Made by a program: the position numbers and the translations under genes. From NCBI GenBank assembly GCA_963754985.1, contig CAVWIJ010000001.1, positions 17,217 through 81,216 of the forward strand: DNA of 64,000 bases. The letters are read 5' to 3'. This stretch comes from an uncultured Holophagae bacterium (GTDB lineage Bacteria > Acidobacteriota > Thermoanaerobaculia > Thermoanaerobaculales > Sulfomarinibacteraceae). Under the pieces are notes generated by a model that saw only the letters and a program-made list of their open reading frames with translations, ran no database searches and was not told the origin of the DNA. How positions within the stretch are numbered: position 1 is the stretch's first letter; the number at the start of each line of letters is the position of its first letter. Below are positions 9,099 to 19,757 of this stretch, in pieces.

Positions 9099-9780
9099 AT
9101 GAACCGCACGCTTCGCATCCTGCAGTGGAGCCTGATCGGCGTCGGCCTGGTGCTGATCGGTAGTTTTCGTCGCCTCGCTGCTGCACCGCGAGCTCGGCTC
9201 GCGCAGCGCGATGCGCGACTTCGAAACGGCGCGTGAGGCTGCCCGGGCCGCGCCGTCTCCTTCACCAACGGTCGCGCCCGTCCCGACCCGCGTGCTGCCG
9301 AGCGAGCTCCCGACCGACACCACGCTGTGGGCCCAAGGCCGGATCGCGAAGTACAGCGAAAGCCTGAGCCACCAGTTCGCGGCGCCGCTCGCCATCCTCC
9401 GCATTCCGAAGATCGGTCTCGAGGTGCCAGTGCTCGACGGCACCGACGACCTCACGCTCAATCGCGCGGTGGGCCGCATCGAGGGCACGGCCACCGTCGA
9501 GACCATGGGCAACCTCGGCATCGCCGGCCACCGCGACGGCTACTTCCGCGGCCTCAAGGATGTCGTCGTCGGCGACACCATCGAGCTCGAGACCCTGACC
9601 GGAGAGCTGACCTTCGCCATCGAGAAGATCTCGATCGTGAAGCCCACGGACGTTGACGTGCTCGCCCCGACCGAACGGCCGACGATCACCCTGGTTGGCT
9701 GCTACCCCTTCTACTACGTCGGCAAGGCCCCCCAGCGCTACATCGTCCGCGCCACTCTCGTCGATCCCGGCGCGACGTAG
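9099..9780 (+). CDS. Sortase family transpeptidase, one frameshift near 9160
   Basis: The N-terminal TM segment MNRTLRILQWSLIGVGLVLIG is in the frame of ORF 8802..9236. The catalytic part is in ORF 9211..9780 with GIAGHRD and TLVGCYPF (a TLxTC-type Cys motif). The shift is at ggtagtttt. Confidence 0.75.
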
Positions 9781-9960
9781 CGCCTGGCCCGCTTCCGCCC
9801 TTGTCACGGCGTAGTCCGCCTCGCCACGGCGTAGTCCGAAGGACGCAGCCGGGAGGACGAAGCCGGATCCGCGCCCGAGGAGCCTGCTCTGAGCGAGCGG
9901 CGCAGCCGCGCCGCGAGTCGAAGAGTCCCCGTTCCCGTTCCCGTTCCCGTTCCCGAATGT
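9781..9960. repeat. Composite element: TGTCACGGCGTAG units, GAGCGAGCGGCG..GCCGCGAGTCGAAG hairpin core, (CCCGTT)4
   Basis: Direct reading. It starts right after the sortase stop and has the same architecture as 3700-3860 and 19665-19757. Confidence 0.75.
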
Positions 9961-10054
9961 CACCATCATCCTTGAGGTGTCCCCGTAATTCTCCCAGGGC
10001 GTCGCGCTCGACATTCGATTCCCGCCCCTCCGTCGCCCAGTTATAGTTGTCGCC

Positions 10055-12262
10055 ATGAAACACCTCCTGGCACTCGTCACAGCGGTCCTCCTCGTGATTC
10101 TCTTCGGCGCTCTGACGGTGGCGGCAGAGCAGCCCCCCGACGGCCCTGAGGCGCGCCCCAAGCTCGTCCTCGTCCTCTCCGGCGGCGGCGCCCGCGGCGT
10201 CGCCCACGTCGGCGTCCTCAAGGTCCTCGAGGAGCTGCACGTGGCGCCCGACATGGTCATTGGCACCAGCATGGGCTCGATCGTCGGCGGCCTCTACGCC
10301 GCAGGCTGGACGCCGGAGCAGATCGAGAGCCTCGTCCAACGGATCGACTGGCAGGGCGTGTTCACCGACGCGCGTGACGCGCAACCGCGAGAGCTTCCGC
10401 CGCAAGCAGGACGACCGGCCGGTGCTCATCCAGGGCCGGCTCGCCTTCGACGGCTTCAAGCCGGTGCTCCCCACCGGCGTCATCAGGGGTCAGAAGCTCG
10501 AGCTCATCCTGCGCATCATCGAGTCGATCTCGCCGGCAGTGAGCGACTTCGACCACCTCCCGATCCCCTATCGGGCGGTGGCGGCCGACATCGCCACCGG
10601 CGAGGCGGTGGTCCTCGACTCGGGCAGCCTGGCCACCGCCATGCGCGCCAGCATGTCGATCCCCGGCGCCTTTCCGCCGGTCCGGCTGGACGGGCGCGCC
10701 CTGGTCGACGGAGGCATCGCCGCCAACCTGCCGGTCGGCATCGCCAAGGAGCTGGGCGCCGTGACGGTGATCGCCGTCGACATCTCCAGCCCGCTGGTCG
10801 GGGCGGAAGAGCAGTTCAGCTCGTTCGCGGCCGTCGTCGGCCACCTCAACAGCCTGCTCACCGCCGGCAACGTCAGCCGGGACCGCGCGCTGATCGGCCC
10901 CAACGACGTGCTGATCACGCCCGAGCTCGGCGACATCAGCTTCGTCAGCTTCGACCGCGTCATCGATGCCGCCCAGATCGGCGAGGATGCCGCTCGGGCG
11001 CAGGCCGACCAACTCCGCCGTTACGCCGCCTCTGACGAGCGGTGGGCCGCGTTCGCCGGCCGGACCACGGCTCGCCCCGACGACCAGCTCCGAGTCGACA
11101 GCATCCGCATCGTCAACTCCAGCCGCGTCAACGACCGGATCGTCGGCCGCGCGATCGGCATCCAAACGCCGGTGACCCTCGAGCCGGAGGAGCTCGCCCT
11201 CGGCCTGCTCGACCTCTACAACTCGAGGTACTTCGGGACGATCGACTACCACCTCGAGGACCGTGATGGCGGCCGCGAGCTGGTGGTCACGACGCCGCCG
11301 CCCGCCGCACGGGCGGGGATCCCTGCAGTTCGGCGTCGGCTTCATCGATGACTTCGAGGGCGGCTCCGGCTACCAGCTTTCGGTCCGCCACCAGCTGCTG
11401 CCCGCCAACCGGCGCGGCGGCGAGTGGGTCAATGTCCTCCAGTTCGGCACCGAGAGCCTGGCCGCGACCGAGTTCTACCAGCCGCTCGACAGCGGCCATG
11501 CGCTGGTTTGTCGCACCCTCGCTCGGAATCCGGCGATCGAATCTCGACCTCTACTTGGAAGGCGAGCCGGTGGCGGAGTACCGGATCGACAACGCCCAGA
11601 TCAGGCTCGCCGCCGGCAGGGTGCTCGGCAACTGGGGCGAGCTGCGCGCCACGGCGTTCGTCGCCGACGTCCAGGCCGAGCCGCGCATCGGCGCTCCGGT
11701 GTTCCCGTCCGCCGACGAGCAACGGGGCGGCTTCGATCTCGGCTTCCGGGTCGACACCGTCGACGAGATCGCCTTCCCCCGCCACGGCTCGGTGGTCGAC
11801 GTGCGGTACACCACCTCCTCCTCGTCGCTGGAGTCGGAGGTCGAGTTCGACAAGGTCTGGGCCTCCGCCAGCCACTCGTGGAGCTTCGGCGAGCTCACAC
11901 TGACCCCCCACCTCGAGTACGGGGAGAACTTCGAGGACACCCTCGACCTCCTCGACCTCTACCCACTCGGCGGGCTCTTCCGCCTGTCCGGCCTCGGCCA
12001 GAACGAGCTGCTCGGCGAGCGCGCCGCGCTGGCCACGCTGCAGGCCTACTGGCGGCTGTTCGGCCTGGATCTCGCCGGCCTCAAGGTGCGCCTCTACACC
12101 GGGCTCTCGCTCGAGGCCGGCAACGTCTACTTCGACGATCCGATCACCGCCGACAGCCTCCTCTATGGGGGGTCGGTCTGGGTCGGAGCGATGACCCCCT
12201 TCGGTCCCGCCCGACTCGCCTACGGCCTCACCGAGGGCGGCCGCGACCGCTTCTACATCTAG
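10055..12262 (+). CDS. Patatin-like phospholipase fused to an Omp85/BamA-type barrel (PlpD-like, type Vd), three frameshifts
   Basis: Has a signal peptide, then GGGARG, GTSMGS (GxSxG) and [11 protein letters not shown] (DGG), followed by POTRA/barrel-like sequence ending [11 protein letters not shown]. The pieces are ORFs 10055.., 10260.., 11263.. and 11348.., with frame changes near 10375, 11300 and 11500. Confidence 0.8.
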
Positions 12263-12413
12263 ATCGGCGATCGCTTCTGAGCGTGTCGGGCATAGCCCCT
12301 CGGCGCACGCGGGTCGTAGGCCTCGGGTGTGCGTGAGGCGTCGCGGCCTGGCTGGCCACGCCCCCGCGCGCCGAGAAGGACGCGCTGCGCGCATCCGGAC
12401 TAAGCGAGAAAGA

Positions 12414-12435
12414 GGCGGGGGCCGTCGACCCCGCC
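12414..12435 (-). terminator. Hairpin downstream of the DUF4136 gene
   Basis: GGCGGGG-gccgtcga-CCCCGCC, followed on the minus strand by TCTTTCTC. It lies 33 nt after the stop at 12468. Confidence 0.45.
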
Positions 12436-12467
12436 CCTCGTGAGCTGATGCGATCGGAGCCTGCAGG

Positions 12468-13028
12468 CTACTTGCCCTTGCCGGTGTGGATCTTCTGCCA
12501 CTTCTTGCCGAGCTTCTCGAGAATCTTGTCGATCTGCGCGGCCCGCTTCTCGGGATCCTCCTTGACCGTCACCGTGCCGCTCCCCCGCCACACCAGCTTC
12601 TTCTCGGCAACGTCATAGGCATCGATGATGAGCGTGCCCTCGACGAAGGTCGAGGCAGTGGTGGTCGCGCTCGCCATCCCGCCGCCATAGCCTCTCCACC
12701 CGCCCCAGTAGCCGCCGTAGCCGCCATAGCCCACGCTGGTCGTGTTGTAGACCGTGTTCTCCTTGGAGGCGAGGTGGTAGGTGACCGCGATGTCCGGGTT
12801 CGCCGAGACTTCCCGCAGGCCACCCGTCGTGAGCTTGGCCTTGATGGCGTCGACGATGCGCGTGTGCATCAGCTCGTTGGGGGAGATGCCGTCTTCGCCA
12901 TCGACGTACTGGAAGGTCTTGACCTTGCTGAAGTCGTACTCGTGCGCGTAGTCGATGTTGACGTCCTGCGCCGCCGCCGGCAGGGCGACCGCCAGCGCCA
13001 GCATCGTGATTCCAAGTGCTCTCTTCAT
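12468..13028 (-). CDS. DUF4136 family lipoprotein
   Basis: Has a signal peptide, DYAHEYDFSKVKTFQY and FVEGTLIIDAYDVAEKKLVWRGSG (the DUF4136 hallmark), plus a Gly/Tyr/Trp insert GYGGYGGYWGGWRGYGGG. Confidence 0.8.
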   Translation of the reverse strand: MKRALGITMLALAVALPAAAQDVNIDYAHEYDFSKVKTFQYVDGEDGISPNELMHTRIVDAIKAKLTTGGLREVSANPDIAVTYHLASKENTVYNTTSVGYGGYGGYWGGWRGYGGGMASATTTASTFVEGTLIIDAYDVAEKKLVWRGSGTVTVKEDPEKRAAQIDKILEKLGKKWQKIHTGKGK

Positions 13029-13223
13029 GGATCCCTCCGACAGGTTGTTTCGATGTCCTCAACTCATCTCAAGACACAGAACCTGTGCGGAGCCCCGCAC
13101 ATTCCTCAGGCGATGGCGTCGAGGTCGGTCGACGCGGCGTGACGCGACGCGCCGACGCCAACGTGAAACCAGCCATCAGCCCACCTGCGAGGCGGCCCCG
13201 ATCTTCGGCCTCGTCGCGCCGGC

Positions 13224-14095
13224 TCAGAACCGCAGCCGGACGAACAGGCTCACATCGCTGACGTCCATGTCGATGGCGCCGGTGTAGAGGCTCTCGCCCT
13301 CCTCGGTCTCCAGGCCCGTCCAGTCGACGTCGACGGTGGCGAGGTTGAACGCGCCCCCGAAGCCCCAGTGGTTGCCGGCCAGGTACTCGATGCTGGCCCG
13401 GCCGACCCACTGGCCGCCGTCGATGTCCTCGAACTTCACCTGCAGCCAGCCGACCCCGGCGATGAAGCGCCAGTTGTCGGAGAGCAGCGCCCGGTACTCG
13501 AAGTAGAGGTACGGCAGGGGGCCGGTGCCCTTGGCCTCGGTGCTGCCCTCGAGGTCCTCTTGCTCCCAGGCGAGCGTCGCCGACATCTCCATCACCCGGA
13601 CGCCGAGCCCGAAGCCGGCCGCCCAGTTCTCCTTGACCCACGGGAAGTAGGCGTAGTCGACGAAGTACTGGGTGAGGTCGAAGCCGAGCGCGATGTCGGC
13701 GTCGATCGGAATGACCTCGTCGCCCCAGTGGATCTCTTCCAGCGCCTGCGCCGACGAGTTGCGGCCGAGGTCCTGCCAGCGCACGCCGAGCTTGTGCCGC
13801 TTCGCGATCTGCCAGTCGAAGCTCAGCGACGGGATGGTCTGGTTGGCGTCGAGGTCGAGGTCGTCCTCGAAGTCGAGGGTCGTGCCCCTGCCCAGGAGCT
13901 CGGAGTCGAGCCGGATCTGGGTCGACGTGGAAATCCAGCTGCCCTCGAGGCGCAGGTTGAACTTGTCGAAGAGCGGCTCGTAGGCACGTTGCGCCGACGC
14001 GGGGTGGCGATCGCCAGCAGCAGGACCGCAAGTCCGATCGAGGCAAACCAGTACGCGTTGCCCTTGGTCATGTCTCTCCTCCTCCGAAGGACCAT
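13224..14095 (-). CDS. Outer-membrane beta-barrel protein, family unassigned, one frameshift near 14000
   Basis: The signal peptide MTKGNAYWFASIGLAVLLLAIATP (ORF 13823..14095) joins ...ASAQRAYEPLFDKFNLRLEG in ORF 13224..14108. Beta-strand pattern alternates and the terminal residues are VRLRF. Confidence 0.55.
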
Positions 14096-14372
14096 CGGCC
14101 AGTATCATAGGCCATCACCGACGCCCTCTACCACCCCGTAGATCTACCAGCCACTCCGGGCAGGGACAGCGCCGCAACGACGTCTCAGGCGGCGGAGCCG
14201 GCGCGACTGCGTCGACGCTCGGACCCGCCCAGGCAGCGGCGGTCAGCGCCCGGCAGGATTCCTCGACGCCGGACCCCCGTGCCGCAGGGAACGCGGGCTG
14301 CGTGCCGGGGTGACCGGACGCCGGCCCGCGCCTGATCTCGGGGGATGCTATGGTGCGGGAGCGGCGACGTCC

Positions 14373-17300
14373 ATGGATTTCCGAGTGCGACGCAAGCTGC
14401 TGACCATCGCTGGGATCTGCATCGCGGTTCCGATCGCGGTGATCGCGGTGGCGCTCGCATACCTCCAGTTCGCCGATCTCAGCGGCCACCGGGGGCTCGT
14501 CGAGCGGTTGGCGAGCGGCGCCCTCGGCCGCGAGCTGCGGATCGCGGGCGACTTCTCACCCGATGTCGGGCTGACCACCCGCCTCGTGGCAACCGACGTG
14601 ACACTCGCCAACCCGCCCTGGACCTTGGAGCCCGCCATGGTGGCGGTCGAGCGGATCGATCTCTCCCTCGAGCTGCTGCCGCTGCTCTTCGGCAAGGTCC
14701 GCATCCCGGAGCTGACCCTCGACGGGGCCCGGGTGTGGCTCGAGTCCGACGCCGAGGGCCGCGCCAACTGGCGCTTCGATGCCGGCCCGGATGACGATGA
14801 GGCATCGCGCCGGGCGCCCGACATCGCGTTCGGAACAGTCGTTGTGACCCGGCTCGCCGTGGCAGTGCGCGCTCCGTCGCTGCCGCGCCCTCTCGATCTC
14901 GAGGCCTCGCGGCTCGAGGTGACCTCCAACGCTTCGGGGATGCTCGACCTCTGCCTGGAGGGCGCCGTCAACGGCGAACCACTGGCCCTCGCGGGCGTCG
15001 TCGGGCCAATCGGCGGCGCCGCGCCCGCCGCCGGCGCCGAGAACCACCTCGAAGGACATCTCGGAAACGTCGCGATCTCGCTGCGCGCCACCGTCGACGA
15101 CCTGTCGACTCTCAGTGGTGCCGACCTGGCGGTCGGGATCCACGGCCCTGACGCTTCGGAGGTCACCGAGACCTTCGGGTTGCCCTCGCTGGGGGACGGC
15201 AGCTTCGAGATCACCGCGCACCTCACGCCCTCGGATCGCGGGAACGCAATGTCGCTGTCCGCGCGCCTCGGGCAGGTCTCCGCCGAGGCGGCCGGCACCA
15301 TCGACTCGTGTCAGGCTCCCCGCTCGATCGAGGCCACCGTGACGGCGAGCGGACCGGATCTGGCCGCGGCCGGGGCCCTGGCCGGACTGGGCCGGCTGCC
15401 GGCGCGGCCCTTCTCGCTGTCCGGCGGCGTCCGCTGGAATGGCTCTCGGATCGCCGTCGACGACCTCAAGATCCGGATCGACGACGCTCTGGTGACCGCC
15501 CAAGGCGTTATCGGTGCGCCGCCGGCGATGCTCGGCACCGACTTCAGATTCGAGGGTTCGGGACCGGACCTGGACATGGTCACCGGCCTCACTGGTCTCG
15601 ATCTGCCGCGAGGCGCATTCACGATCCGAGGAAGGCTCGAGCGGATCGACAGCGGCGTTGTGCTCGAGGGCGTGTCGGCCACGGTGGGCGAACACACGGC
15701 CGGGGTCGAGGGCACGATCGGCACCACCGCGGGGCTGGCCGGCAGCGACCTTCGGCTGACGGCGAGCGGGCCCGACCTGTCCTGGCTCGCCGGCACCGAC
15801 GATGCCGCCGAGGCATCCGCCGCACCCTACACGATCGAGGGGAGCTTCCAGATCCGCGACGACAAGGTCCTGCGCGGGCAGGTCGCTGGCCAGTTCGGCG
15901 ACATCGCGCTGGCGGTCGAAGGGTGGACGGGACCACCGCCATCCCTGGCCACCATCGACGCCACCGTCCACCTGGCGGGCCTGGAGGCCTCGACGGCTCG
16001 CGGCCTGATCGGAGTCGCCGGCTTCCCGGCCGAGCCGTTCCAGGTCGACGGCCGCGTCACGGTGCGCGATCACGGCCTCGATCTCGACGCGGTCGAGGCG
16101 CGCGTCGGCGCCGCGACCCTGACGGCGTCCGGTCGGCTCGGGTCGATCCCGAACCTCGTCGACAGCGAGCTCGACGTCGAAGCGCGCATCCCGAGCCTCG
16201 CCCCCTTCGATGCCCTGGTGCAGCAGGCGACGCTGCCGGCGGTTCCCGCGTCGGCGTCCGGCCACCTCTCTGTCACCGCCACCGCCATTCGCCTCGAGAA
16301 CGCCGTCCTCGACATCGACGGCACTCGCGTCGCCGCCGCGGGGACCGTGGTGAGGGCTCCACAACTCGCCGGCAGCGACGTCGAGCTCGAGCTCGCCAGC
16401 CCCGACCTCGCGGCCACGGCCCGGCTGATTGCCGCGACCGGGCTCGTGACGCCGCCCGGGCTCCCCGCCCGTCCGCTCACGCTCGCCGGACGGGTGGTCG
16501 TCGATGACCGCGGCTACCAGATCGAGGGCGTTCGCCTCGCCCTCGGGGATGCCACCGCGAGCTGCCAGGGCCGGCTCGGCCGGCCGCCTGGCCTCCACGG
16601 CAGCGACCTGGCGATCGAGGGCGACGGTCCCGACGCGTCCTTGCTCTCTGCGTTTCTCGGCGTGGCCCTGCCGGTCGCACCGTTCCGCTTTCAGGGCCGG
16701 GTGGAGCGGCCCGACGGCGGCCTCACGTTCCACGACCTCCAGCTGCAGCTCGGGGATTGCCGCGCGACGGCCAACGGCACGCTCGGCGAGCCGCCCCGGC
16801 TCGACGGCACCGACCTCGATCTCCAGGCCAGCGGCCCGAGCACGCTCCTGGTCCAGGAGCTGGCGGGGATCGAGGGCCTCCCGGATCTCCCGTTCGAGCT
16901 GCGCGGCCAGTTCATCGGCAGCCCGCGCCGCTTCAGGTCCGACCCCCTGTCGGTGCGGCTCGGGACCAGCGACGCGACCGGCTCGTTCCGCCTCGACCGC
17001 GAGGGACAGCGTCCCAGGATCGAGGCCGAGCTCGCGTCGCGCCGGGTCGACCTGGCCGAGATTCTTGGCGGCGATGCTCCGCCTCGCCCGGCCGAGGGTG
17101 AGCCGCCGCCCGAAACGCCGGCCGTCGCCAACCATGGGCTGGTGATCTCGGACGAGCCCATCTCGTTCGACGGTCTCAACAGGATGGACGGCGAGGTCCG
17201 CTGGGCCGTCGATTCGCTCGAGCTTCGGACGACGAGTTACACCGCGGTCGACGTGGGCGTCCGGCTGGAGGGCGGCACCCTCCACGTCGACCCCATGCGC

Positions 17301-18029
17301 GCGGTCGGCGCCAACGGCGGAAATCTCGACGGGATGGTCGAACTCGTGTCGGGAAGGTCCACCCCCACCCTTCGGACCGCGTTCCGCCTCAACGGTGTTC
17401 GCATCGATCTCACCTCCGCCGAGGAGGATCCGGCCGAGTGGCCAACCGTCGATCTCGACCTCGAGCTCGAAGCCGAGGGCCGGTCGCTCCACGACCTCGC
17501 GGGCTCGGCGAGCGGACGGATCGCCGTCGTCGTCGGCCCGGGCCCCATGGACGGCTCGATCCTCGACCTGTTGGGGGTCGACATCGTCGGGGAAACCGTG
17601 GAGCTCCTCAACCCGTTCTCCGGCGAACGCCAGACGACGCTGCGCTGTGGGGTCATCTCGATCAGCCTCGACCATGGGATGGCGACTTTCGACCCGTTCG
17701 CAGTGCAGACCGACCGCAACACGGTGATCGGCAGCGGCACGCTCGATCTCTCAACCGAGACCCTCGACCTCGAGTGGGTGGCCAAGCTGCGCCGGGGGCT
17801 CGGGATCAGCACCAGCACGATCACCAACGCCTACCTCAAGCTCGGCGGCACGCTCGCCGACCCGAAGATCGAGACCAAGCCCCTCGAGGCGATCACCACC
17901 ACCGGTGTCGCGGTCGCCACCGGCGGGCTGTCGCTCCTCGCCAGGGGGTTGCTCGATCGCATCACCGCCGAGGCGAAGGTCTGCGAGGAGGCCCTCGCGC
18001 GCGCCGGCCAGACCAACCCCGAGCGCTAG
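14373..18029 (+). CDS. AsmA family outer-membrane biogenesis protein
   Basis: 1218 aa from ATG 14373. It has a single N-terminal TM (LLTIAGICIAVPIAVIAVALAYL) followed by long repetitive beta-rich sequence. The N-terminal block GALGRELRIAGDFSPDVGL...TLANPPW resembles AsmA. Confidence 0.7.
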   Translation: MDFRVRRKLLTIAGICIAVPIAVIAVALAYLQFADLSGHRGLVERLASGALGRELRIAGDFSPDVGLTTRLVATDVTLANPPWTLEPAMVAVERIDLSLELLPLLFGKVRIPELTLDGARVWLESDAEGRANWRFDAGPDDDEASRRAPDIAFGTVVVTRLAVAVRAPSLPRPLDLEASRLEVTSNASGMLDLCLEGAVNGEPLALAGVVGPIGGAAPAAGAENHLEGHLGNVAISLRATVDDLSTLSGADLAVGIHGPDASEVTETFGLPSLGDGSFEITAHLTPSDRGNAMSLSARLGQVSAEAAGTIDSCQAPRSIEATVTASGPDLAAAGALAGLGRLPARPFSLSGGVRWNGSRIAVDDLKIRIDDALVTAQGVIGAPPAMLGTDFRFEGSGPDLDMVTGLTGLDLPRGAFTIRGRLERIDSGVVLEGVSATVGEHTAGVEGTIGTTAGLAGSDLRLTASGPDLSWLAGTDDAAEASAAPYTIEGSFQIRDDKVLRGQVAGQFGDIALAVEGWTGPPPSLATIDATVHLAGLEASTARGLIGVAGFPAEPFQVDGRVTVRDHGLDLDAVEARVGAATLTASGRLGSIPNLVDSELDVEARIPSLAPFDALVQQATLPAVPASASGHLSVTATAIRLENAVLDIDGTRVAAAGTVVRAPQLAGSDVELELASPDLAATARLIAATGLVTPPGLPARPLTLAGRVVVDDRGYQIEGVRLALGDATASCQGRLGRPPGLHGSDLAIEGDGPDASLLSAFLGVALPVAPFRFQGRVERPDGGLTFHDLQLQLGDCRATANGTLGEPPRLDGTDLDLQASGPSTLLVQELAGIEGLPDLPFELRGQFIGSPRRFRSDPLSVRLGTSDATGSFRLDREGQRPRIEAELASRRVDLAEILGGDAPPRPAEGEPPPETPAVANHGLVISDEPISFDGLNRMDGEVRWAVDSLELRTTSYTAVDVGVRLEGGTLHVDPMRAVGANGGNLDGMVELVSGRSTPTLRTAFRLNGVRIDLTSAEEDPAEWPTVDLDLELEAEGRSLHDLAGSASGRIAVVVGPGPMDGSILDLLGVDIVGETVELLNPFSGERQTTLRCGVISISLDHGMATFDPFAVQTDRNTVIGSGTLDLSTETLDLEWVAKLRRGLGISTSTITNAYLKLGGTLADPKIETKPLEAITTTGVAVATGGLSLLARGLLDRITAEAKVCEEALARAGQTNPER

Positions 18030-18205
18030 CCCGCATACCTCACCAACTTTCTGCTGCGGCCAGCGATGCACCGCACTCAGCGGTGCTTTCTCGCCTCGGG
18101 GTGCTCGACGTACTGGCGAGTACGCCTCCGCGCCCCTCGGGTCGAAAACCCCACTGCGCACGGCGCCTCGCCGCCCTCGCGACGAAACCCGGTGAGATAT
18201 GCGGG

Positions 18206-19022
18206 CTAGAACGGGAACGTGAAGTTCAGCCGGATGCCGCGCGTGTGGTCTCCGAAGCGGTAGCCGAGCCCGATCCACGGCAGCTTGACCTTCCACAGCT
18301 GGAGCACCGGGTCGGTCGCGAAGCTGAGCCCCAGCTCGTAGTTCCAGCTCACGTCAAATGGCCCGTCGACGACAATTTCGAACTCGAGCTCCGAGAAGTG
18401 CCTGAGGATCGCGTAGCCGCCGCCCCGGGCCTCCCGCGACCCGACGGCGAAGCCGAGCGGGAGCTGGGCGTCGACGCCGGCCTCCAACGTCGAGTACCAG
18501 TTCTCGACGACGTCGGCAGTCGTGCCGTTGCGGTACTTGTACGCGGTGCCGACCATCAGCGCGAACGGTCTCGCCTCGTACACTCCACGCGCGCGGATTC
18601 CCGCAGCGTACAGCAGGTGGGTTTCCCCGGTCCGCGAGTCATCGCCGATGCCAACCTCGACAAACGGTTTGACGACCCAGCGCTCGCCGGCCGGAAGAAG
18701 GAACTCCACACCCGGGATGACCGCGACGGACTGGATGCTCTCGACCACGTCGCCGATGTCGGTGACGGCCTCCAGCTCGTAGGCTGCCGAGCGACACCGG
18801 CAGCGTGAGCCGCAGTCCCCATGGCTTGTCCTCGAGGCGCCGGAGCGGGTAGGAGATCGGAATCCGGTAGACCTGGAACGACGTCGCGCTGGCGTCCTGG
18901 ATCTCACCCGCATCGCGGGGCATGAGCATCAGCCCGTCGAGGTCACCATCCTGCGCGGCTACCGGTCCGGCGACCAGCGCGAGTGCGAGAAGCTGAGCCG
19001 CGGCTGCCGCACCGACTTTCAT
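18206..19022 (-). CDS. Outer-membrane beta-barrel protein, family unassigned, one frameshift near 18790
   Basis: The signal peptide MKVGAAAAAQLLALALVAGPVAAQ (ORF 18639..19022) joins the barrel part in ORF 18206..18913. Terminal residues are LNFTFPF. Confidence 0.5.
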
Positions 19023-19070
19023 CCTGTGCCAGTAGCCTACCGGAAGCTCCGCACTGTCAGCGGTCCGCCG

Positions 19071-19652
19071 TCACTTGCCCGCCGCCTTGGCCTCCTTGGC
19101 CTTCGTCTCGTCAAACTGCTTGACCATCTTCTCGAGGGCCTTGTTGATCAGCTTTTCGCCTTTCTTCGGGTCCTCCGGGATCGCTGCGACGGCTGACCCG
19201 CGCCACACGATCTGCTTGGTCTTGGCGTCCCAGATGTCAACGACCAGGGTGCCCTTCTCGTAGGTGGAGACGGTCGTGCTGGCTCCGCCCCCGCTGGCGC
19301 TGGGCCCACCCCAGTAGGGGTCCCATCCCCAGCCCGCGCCGTAGCCGTATCCGTAGCCGGTGACGCTGAACTGGAGCTCCTCCTGCGAGCTGGTGTGGTA
19401 GGTGACGTAGAGATCCGGGTTGTCGGCGACCCCGATGAGGCCCCTCGCGGTCAACAAGTGCTCCAGGCCGTTCTTGATGCGCGTGTGCATGAGCGGGGAA
19501 AACTCCTGAAGCGCCGGCCCCGTGTCCTGCCAGGCGAAGGTCTTGTAGTCCCTGCCGATCGCATCACGGTCGTAGTCGACGTAGACCTTCTGCGCCGCCG
19601 CCGGCATCGCAAACAGCACCGCCATCAGCGCGAGTCCAAGTGTCTTCCTCAT
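19071..19652 (-). CDS. DUF4136 family lipoprotein
   Basis: MRKTLGLALMAVLFAMPAAAQ follows a GGGAGGAAGG RBS. Contains YKTFAWQD and YEKGTLVVDIWDAKTKQIVWRGSA, with the insert GYGYGYGAGWGWDPYWGG. Confidence 0.8.
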   Translation of the reverse strand: MRKTLGLALMAVLFAMPAAAQKVYVDYDRDAIGRDYKTFAWQDTGPALQEFSPLMHTRIKNGLEHLLTARGLIGVADNPDLYVTYHTSSQEELQFSVTGYGYGYGAGWGWDPYWGGPSASGGGASTTVSTYEKGTLVVDIWDAKTKQIVWRGSAVAAIPEDPKKGEKLINKALEKMVKQFDETKAKEAKAAGK

Positions 19653-19664
19653 GCCTTCCTCCCA

Positions 19665-19757
19665 CTTTCGCTTCCGCACCCAAGGAGCCTGCCCTGAGCG
19701 AGCGGCGAAGCAGCGCCGCGAGTCGAAGGGTTCCCGTTCCCGTTCCCGTCCCCGTTC
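19665..19757. repeat. Composite hairpin/hexamer element filling the gap between two DUF4136 genes
   Basis: Sequence reads CGCTTCCGCACCCAAGGAGCCTGCCCTGAGCGAGCGGCGAAGCAGCGCCGCGAGTCGAAGGGTTCCCGTTCCCGTTCCCGTCCCCGTT. Confidence 0.8.
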
